DNA of 64,000 nucleotides from Acholeplasmataceae bacterium (GTDB lineage Bacteria; Bacillota_I; Bacilli_A; Acholeplasmatales; Acholeplasmataceae): NCBI GenBank assembly GCA_963675245.1, contig OY775910.1, positions 192,001 to 256,000 of the forward strand, read 5' to 3'. Shown piece by piece: positions 58,379 to 64,000 of this stretch (position 1 is its first letter; each line of letters starts with the position of its first letter). The notes under the pieces were generated by a model. It saw only the letters and a program-made list of their open reading frames with translations, ran no database searches and was not told where the DNA came from. The position numbers and the translations under genes were made by a program.

Positions 58379-59397
58379 GAAAATAACGCCTCAGATAAAC
58401 TGACATGTAACCCTTTAGGGTATGTGACTTTTACATGCGCGGGACCTTCAATATGAACAAACCCAAAATCGGCAAATGTGAGTTGTTGTTTCCCCTTGAA
58501 TAGTTTAAAGGTTTTTGTTTCATAGTCCGTCGCGTAAACACGTTGATCAAGCGTTTGTTCTTTCATTAAAATCATTAACTTCTCATCGTTTGTGCGATGA
58601 ATTTTGACGTGATCATTGACATAACAAACAACAGAAACATCTTTGTTGATAGATAAACCAATAAGTCCTTCAATCATCAAACCTTGATGAGCCTTTAATT
58701 GATAAATACTTGGTTTAAGTGGTTTACTGACAAGTAGTTTTTTATAAATATCATATGGGAATAGTTGATGAAGATAACCTTCTTGATATAAACCTGGCAT
58801 ATCATAAAGGGTTTGACGTGATGAAAGTTTCGCTTTTAACACATCTTGTGTCAGTCCAGCTTTATTCATCGCGAGCGCTTTTTCATCATGAACTAATGCT
58901 TTATAAATGGTTGTTTTACCCGCATTTTGAACACCTAATAGATAAACATCACGTGCTTTAAAAGATTCGATATACGCTTTTAAGTTTTCAATATCAGAGG
59001 GTTCTTTCGCTGACATTAAAATAATGTCTTCATAAGGGATATTCATCTCTTTTGCACGTGTCATAATACGTTTTAGTAATTGATCTAAATTCGTAGAGTC
59101 AGGTAGTAAATCCACTTGATTAATCATATATGTATATGTCACATCTGGTGCATAACGATGTAGTGGATAAAAGAATAACATATCGAGTGACATGACAGAA
59201 CAAACCATTAAAGCTAAGCTTTTTGGCTTTAAGGTAGGAAGTTCTTCAGGATGAACATGATCTTTAACTTCACCATAATGTGATAGTCTAAAACACGCCT
59301 GACAGAAATCTCTTGTTAAATCAGGTGTATATCCTACTTTTAATTCATCTTTATCTTGAAGGATTGCCCCACAGCCTTTACAATGTGCTATCGACAT
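58375..59397 (-). CDS. yqeH: Circularly permuted GTPase YqeH (divergent)
   Basis: CKGC..CQAC zinc finger, NQVD, SAK, GVQNAGKT, DMPG; follows yqeG. Confidence 0.88.
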   Translation of the reverse strand: MSIAHCKGCGAILQDKDELKVGYTPDLTRDFCQACFRLSHYGEVKDHVHPEELPTLKPKSLALMVCSVMSLDMLFFYPLHRYAPDVTYTYMINQVDLLPDSTNLDQLLKRIMTRAKEMNIPYEDIILMSAKEPSDIENLKAYIESFKARDVYLLGVQNAGKTTIYKALVHDEKALAMNKAGLTQDVLKAKLSSRQTLYDMPGLYQEGYLHQLFPYDIYKKLLVSKPLKPSIYQLKAHQGLMIEGLIGLSINKDVSVVCYVNDHVKIHRTNDEKLMILMKEQTLDQRVYATDYETKTFKLFKGKQQLTFADFGFVHIEGPAHVKVTYPKGLHVSLSEALFS

Positions 59398-59923
59398 AAT
59401 CCTTTAACCTTTCATTGTATAACGCACTATATTTTTTCTTGATTTTTCTTAAGACTCGTTTTTCAAGAAAACGATTCATTTTCGTCATCCATCGATCAGA
59501 TGTTCTTTTCACCGGTTTAACAAGAACGGTTAAACATCCAAAACGATGTCCGCCTAACATATCTGTCATCAATTGATCACCAATCAACGCGATCTGTTCA
59601 ATAGATGATTCCACTTTTTGTTGAGCTTTTTTTAAACCAAACTTAAATGGTTTTACCGCATGCCATACAAATGGATATTTCTTCGCAGCTGTCACCACTC
59701 TTTGATAACCGCTATTCGAAATAATAACAATTTTAAAATCTTCTAGTAAAGCACTTAAGAACTCACTTGTTTCACCAGATAATTCTTTTTTATCATAAGA
59801 AATTAAGGTGTTATCTAAGTCAAAAAACAAGGTACTTATCCCTTGTTCTTTTAGCATTTGATAATCGATTGCATATATTGATTTGAAATAATAATCTGGT
59901 ATACAGTGCTTTGCAAATGACAT
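59378..59923 (-). CDS. yqeG: HAD IIIA phosphatase YqeG
   Basis: DLDNTL, KP, IGDQLMTD. Confidence 0.92.
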   Translation of the reverse strand: MSFAKHCIPDYYFKSIYAIDYQMLKEQGISTLFFDLDNTLISYDKKELSGETSEFLSALLEDFKIVIISNSGYQRVVTAAKKYPFVWHAVKPFKFGLKKAQQKVESSIEQIALIGDQLMTDMLGGHRFGCLTVLVKPVKRTSDRWMTKMNRFLEKRVLRKIKKKYSALYNERLKDYVDSTL

Positions 59924-60396
59924 TAGCTGATTTCTAGGATCTCAATTTGAATCAAGCGACCAGTTTCAGTTTTCGCTTCTACCATATCACCCTCAGCATG
60001 GTTAAGCATTGCTTTACCAAGGGGTGATTCAGTTGAGATTTTGTTTGCTCTAGGATCTGCTTCAATAGAACCTACTAGATAGAAAACTTTTTCGTTTTTG
60101 TTATCTACAAATCTAACTTTAACTGTTTTCCCAATATTTACATTATCATCATTTGATGTTTTAATGACTTTAACATTTTTAATGATATTTTCAATTTCAG
60201 CAATTCTCGCTTCAATACGTGCTTGTTCATTTCTCGCTGCATCATAATCCGCGTTTTCTGACAAGTCACCTTGTGCTCTCGCTTCTTTTAACGCTTCAAG
60301 GTTTTCACCACGCTTGACATCTTTTAAATATGCCAACTCAGTTTTTAATTTATCAATACCTTCTTGTGTTAATTGATAGCTTTGTTTTTTTGCCAT
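59923..60396 (-). CDS. greA: Transcription elongation factor GreA
   Basis: GDLSENADY, IS.ESPLGKA. Confidence 0.97.
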   Translation of the reverse strand: MAKKQSYQLTQEGIDKLKTELAYLKDVKRGENLEALKEARAQGDLSENADYDAARNEQARIEARIAEIENIIKNVKVIKTSNDDNVNIGKTVKVRFVDNKNEKVFYLVGSIEADPRANKISTESPLGKAMLNHAEGDMVEAKTETGRLIQIEILEIS

Positions 60397-60438
60397 GTCA
60401 TACCTCCTAATGGTTCGATTCTTATTATAAACTATTTT

Positions 60439-61098
60439 TTAGATAATTACCACGTTTTTTAGCCTTTTTTGAATGGTTTTATGCCCTGGCATCAATTCAT
60501 CTAAAAGCGCATAAAAGCGTTTGGAATGATCAAATACTTTCGTATGCGCATATTCATGATAAAGCACATACGTTAAATAGATCGGATCAAGTGTTGCTAA
60601 TATCGTATTTAATGTGATATCGTGATGCTTTCTATGGTAACTACCAAACTTGGATTTTAAATATTTATACTTCACAGGAATAAGTTTAATTCCTTGATGA
60701 TTTAAGACTGGTTCAATTGTCTGTGAAAGCTCAATTGCTTTCTCTTTTAATTGATCTAGATAAATGCGCTTTTTAGCGATTTTTACATCTTGTCTTGTGT
60801 GGAGATAAACGATATCTTTATCCATATGAAATCTATAGTTTCCATCCATCACACGTAGCTCATAGGGTCTTCCCCACAATGTTATTTGATCATCTCTTTC
60901 TACCACATGTGCATGTAATAAGTGATAAAATCTGTCAAAATGAGTGGTTAAAAAAGATGTGATCAATGCTTTAGGATATCTTTTATTTGCAGTCACTGCT
61001 ACATAACCAGGTTTCACACGATAATAGGTGTGCTTATTGTTCTTATAGGTGACTTGATAGGGAAGTACTTGTCCATCCTTTTCAATAAACAATGTCAT
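60439..61098 (-). CDS. YgjP-like (DUF45/SprT-like zincin) protein
   Basis: KSKFGS, YVLYHEYAH, DHSKRFY. Confidence 0.88.
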   Translation of the reverse strand: MTLFIEKDGQVLPYQVTYKNNKHTYYRVKPGYVAVTANKRYPKALITSFLTTHFDRFYHLLHAHVVERDDQITLWGRPYELRVMDGNYRFHMDKDIVYLHTRQDVKIAKKRIYLDQLKEKAIELSQTIEPVLNHQGIKLIPVKYKYLKSKFGSYHRKHHDITLNTILATLDPIYLTYVLYHEYAHTKVFDHSKRFYALLDELMPGHKTIQKRLKNVVII

Positions 61099-62273
61099 AT
61101 TTTTCTAACCATCGCATCAACTTCAATTTTAAACTGAGTAGGGATTTTAATGATTTGTCTTGGATGTCTCGCAACTTCCAATGGTTCTCCTTCTTCATCA
61201 GTCATGGATGTAACAACCATCTTATACTTTTTACCACTAGGATTGAAAAACTCAATTTTATCACCTAATACAAAGTGATTTCTTTGTTCAAGTGTGACGA
61301 CTTTAAGTTGTTCATCATAATCTTTAACTAAACCGATGAAAAGTTGTGATGGACGTTCACTATTTAAATCAAAGAGTTGTTCATTAACCCCTGGTAAACC
61401 TTCTAAAAAGCCAACCCCAGTTAATCTGTTTTCAGCTTTACTAATTTCCATTTCATAGAAATCAGGATCCTCAATTTTACCTGTTTTCATATATTCATCA
61501 ATGACTTGACGATACGTGGATACGACCGTTGCGATATAATGAAGACTCTTCATACGACCTTCAATTTTTAATGAAGCGACACCAGCATCAATTAAATTAG
61601 GAATATGTTTAATCGCTTGAAGATCTTTACTAGACATGGTGAAAGGTCTTTTTGAGATTGCTTCATTACTTTCTTTTAAGCTGTAATTCCAGCGACATGA
61701 ATGGGCACAACCTCCACGATTCGCATCTCTGCCAGTCATATTGTCAGATAATGAGCAACGTCCAGAAAAACTCATACACATCCCACCATGAATAAACACT
61801 TCGATATCTGCAATTGTTTTATCAGATACCGCTTTAATTTGATCGATATCTAACTCTCTAGCTAAAACGATTCGTTTCACACCGCGTTTATGCCAAAAGT
61901 CAACTGCCCGTGTCGATAAAGCAGATTGTTGAGTGGAAAGGTGTATTTCTAAGTTTGTGTGTCTTCTTGCTACGTCTATAATCGCAGGAGACGCACATAT
62001 AATCGCGTCAACACCATTTTCTTCTAAACCTACCAAATAGTCTCTTAAACCAGTTAAGTCTTCATCATGAGGAATAATGTTTGTGGTGACGTAAACTTTT
62101 TTACCTCTTTCATGTGCAAAATCGGTTGCTTCTTTAATGTCCTTTAAACTGAAATTTGAAGCACGTGCACGTAGTGAAAAATCCTGTCCACCAATGAAGA
62201 CAGCATCAGCACCATAAATAATCGCGATCTTTAATTTTTCTAAACTGCCTGCTGGCGCTAATAATTCAATCAT
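61095..62273 (-). CDS. U32 family tRNA hydroxylation protein (YrrO-like)
   Basis: ELLAPAG, HLSTQ, HGGMCMSFSGRC, ANRGGCAHSCR, LKIEGR; start ATG 62273. Confidence 0.92.
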   Translation of the reverse strand: MIELLAPAGSLEKLKIAIIYGADAVFIGGQDFSLRARASNFSLKDIKEATDFAHERGKKVYVTTNIIPHDEDLTGLRDYLVGLEENGVDAIICASPAIIDVARRHTNLEIHLSTQQSALSTRAVDFWHKRGVKRIVLARELDIDQIKAVSDKTIADIEVFIHGGMCMSFSGRCSLSDNMTGRDANRGGCAHSCRWNYSLKESNEAISKRPFTMSSKDLQAIKHIPNLIDAGVASLKIEGRMKSLHYIATVVSTYRQVIDEYMKTGKIEDPDFYEMEISKAENRLTGVGFLEGLPGVNEQLFDLNSERPSQLFIGLVKDYDEQLKVVTLEQRNHFVLGDKIEFFNPSGKKYKMVVTSMTDEEGEPLEVARHPRQIIKIPTQFKIEVDAMVRKI

Positions 62274-63150
62274 TGTTAACACCTTTTACCTTATACATCG
62301 TTGGTTTATGCAAAAATGCTTCATCCCAAGTTTCATGATATGCATCTTGGATGGCTTTCATTTTTTCTTCTGTCGGATTTAAATAATAATCAAGAACATC
62401 TTTTGCATATTCATCATCATGAAAAATTGTATCAATAACGAGATAATCAATCGCGTCTTTTAAAACATCTAAATATTGATCACTATGAAAAACATTATAT
62501 CTGAACACATGTGTCCCAGCATCATCTTCTAATATTGGATATGGTTCATTGTCTCTTTTCGCTTCGATGAGCGTTAAATTCTTTTTATCATGGAAAGTAT
62601 GCTCTATTTGTGCCTTTGTTGTAAAGGTTCCAATTAGTTGTCTTTTTGAATAAAACATATCAAGATAACCGTGACCCATCATAAAGAGTTTTAGTTTTCT
62701 TGTAAACCCAATATGTCTGATTTCTTCTAATGTGATTTCTTTCGCGACAAACGCGCCTAAAATTCCTTCACTAGCAAAGATGTTCGTGTCATATTGATTG
62801 GTTAATAGCGTTTCAGGATGATACACACATTTATCAACGAAACCTAACTCATTTAAGACTGTTATTGCACCAACATCAGCAACAATAATTCCAGTGAGTC
62901 CATTGACATCAATATCGCTTAACCAGACCTTAAATTCTTCACAATCTTGATCATCGAATATACGATTCACGATTAAAAAAATGTCCTTGTTAAAAGATTG
63001 TGCTAATTTAATGGCCATGTTGATTTCATTCACATCAAAAGATGTTGTAAGTCTCGCACCAAAACGTTTATTTCCGATGATATAACCATCGGTTAACGGA
63101 TGTAATTTTTCGATTGCGTCTAACGCATGTATGGTAATAAGTTTTTTCAT
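62266..63150 (-). CDS. U32 family protein (YrrN-like)
   Basis: PETLLTN, AKEI, MFYSKR, EDDAGTH; between trmR and the yrrO-like gene. Confidence 0.88.
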   Translation of the reverse strand: MKKLITIHALDAIEKLHPLTDGYIIGNKRFGARLTTSFDVNEINMAIKLAQSFNKDIFLIVNRIFDDQDCEEFKVWLSDIDVNGLTGIIVADVGAITVLNELGFVDKCVYHPETLLTNQYDTNIFASEGILGAFVAKEITLEEIRHIGFTRKLKLFMMGHGYLDMFYSKRQLIGTFTTKAQIEHTFHDKKNLTLIEAKRDNEPYPILEDDAGTHVFRYNVFHSDQYLDVLKDAIDYLVIDTIFHDDEYAKDVLDYYLNPTEEKMKAIQDAYHETWDEAFLHKPTMYKVKGVNND

Positions 63151-63716
63151 GATGTCACTCTTTTCGAAACAGACAAGCCATCGCCTTGAGCAATAAACTC
63201 CGTTTCAAAATCTTTATTATTGATTAAAAAATGTCTGAATTTCTCAAGTTTTTTTAATAAACCTTTAGTATGTCTATTGGTCACCTTATTAATATCTAAA
63301 TGATGAAAATACAAGTTATCACATACAATGATTCCATCATCTTTTAAATACTCTTGATAACGATTAAATAATGTCATGTATTGAGATTTTGCCGCATCAA
63401 TAAAAATTAAATCATATGATTTAAGTGGTCCATTATATGTTAAAGCGTCCGCTTCAATTAGATTTATCAATCCTTGATGATCATATAAAGAAATATTTTT
63501 TTTTGCTTCTATTATCATGTCATAATCACGTTCAATCGTATCTATCTGAATACCTAATTTAGCCATTGCTAAAGCACTATAACCAATAGCACTTCCGATT
63601 TCTAATACATGGTTTACGTGTTGACTTTTGATTAGCTTCAATAGAAAATCCAGTCCCTCATCAGTTATTATTGGAACATGTTGTTCATTAGCATACGCTT
63701 TTAGTTTTTCTAACAT
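63147..63716 (-). CDS. trmR: tRNA 5-hydroxyuridine O-methyltransferase (YrrM-like)
   Basis: VPII, LEIGSAIGYS, FIDAAK, DN, GDG; synteny; start ATG 63716. Confidence 0.88.
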   Translation of the reverse strand: MLEKLKAYANEQHVPIITDEGLDFLLKLIKSQHVNHVLEIGSAIGYSALAMAKLGIQIDTIERDYDMIIEAKKNISLYDHQGLINLIEADALTYNGPLKSYDLIFIDAAKSQYMTLFNRYQEYLKDDGIIVCDNLYFHHLDINKVTNRHTKGLLKKLEKFRHFLINNKDFETEFIAQGDGLSVSKRVTS

Positions 63717-63771
63717 ATCGTTTTCCTTCACGAATATCTAAAGATATTTTATCACATCAACGCATTCAAAG

Positions 63772-63802
63772 AAAAAAGAGTGTCTTCAAAAACACTCTTT
63801 TT
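63772..63802. terminator. Terminator
   Basis: AAAAAGAGTGT-N9-ACACTCTTTTT. Confidence 0.8.
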
Positions 63803-63817
63803 ATTCAAATATGTTAT

Positions 63818-64000
63818 TTAGTGATGGTGTCCTGTGCAAAATTGATCAGTCGATTTTAATTCATCTCTTAAGAATAAATTAAATATGGTTTGAATATCAC
63901 CATGAGCACCTGCAATAACTTGAATGTTTTTATCATCAAATTTATGTTTTGCTTTCATACCTAATCCACCACAAATGATAACATCAATATTTTCTTTTAT
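63818..64000 (-). CDS. NifB/NifX-family FeMo-cofactor-binding domain protein (5' end outside window)
   Basis: Not in the ORF track; manual translation ..IDVIICGGLGMKA..IQVIAGAHG..CTGHHH*. Confidence 0.8.
   Translation of the reverse strand: MKENIDVIICGGLGMKAKHKFDDKNIQVIAGAHGDIQTIFNLFLRDELKSTDQFCTGHHH

Noticed and set aside
862..58961. Many short antisense or alternative-frame ORFs in the track (e.g. 32139-32612, 40393-40722, 45408-45761, 47726-48046, 49290-49559)
   Set aside because: They lie within well-supported genes and show no recognisable motifs; treated as shadow ORFs
1..64000. CRISPR arrays, tRNA/rRNA genes, integrases, transposases, prophage genes
   Set aside because: None seen; intergenic gaps are short and mostly explained by promoters, terminators and the two riboswitches

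Overview
AT-rich, mostly core-genome segment of a Firmicutes-derived bacterium using the standard code (TGA = stop). Gene order is Bacillus-like, but cell-wall and sporulation genes are missing from their usual slots, which fits an Acholeplasmatales-type mollicute (inference). About 60 CDS, nearly all on the minus strand. Left part: sugar-catabolism genes (Gfo/Idh/MocA, TIM-barrel isomerase-like, GH65), metNIQ under a compact SAM-I riboswitch lacking P4, asnB under an Asn (AAC) T-box, DUF2975/HTH, dNK, queH, namA, a YcaQ-like glycosylase. Then a tightly coupled six-gene operon: rdgB, phosphoesterase, choline-kinase-like, TPR/degenerate GGDEF-EAL, HEPN-like, AKR. Core blocks follow: rluB-cmk-rpsA-der-gpsA-hup, mutS-mutL-miaA-aroK-aroQ-efp, rny-ymdB-miaB-ricA, pgsA-recA, rpsT, comEA-comEC-holA, yqeG-yqeH-yqeK-rsfS, trmR-U32-U32-greA. 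No rRNA, tRNA, CRISPR or transposase was seen. Best candidates for novelty: (1) a putative HEPN RNase translationally coupled to a catalytically dead TPR-GGDEF-EAL protein; (2) a membrane-anchored protein with three Rho-N/HEH-like repeats in the cotE slot upstream of mutS; (3) an internally deleted S8 protease relic beside an intact inhibitor-like lipoprotein; (4) the P4-less SAM-I riboswitch; (5) a five-domain ribosomal protein S1. All family calls come from reading motifs by eye, not from database searches.
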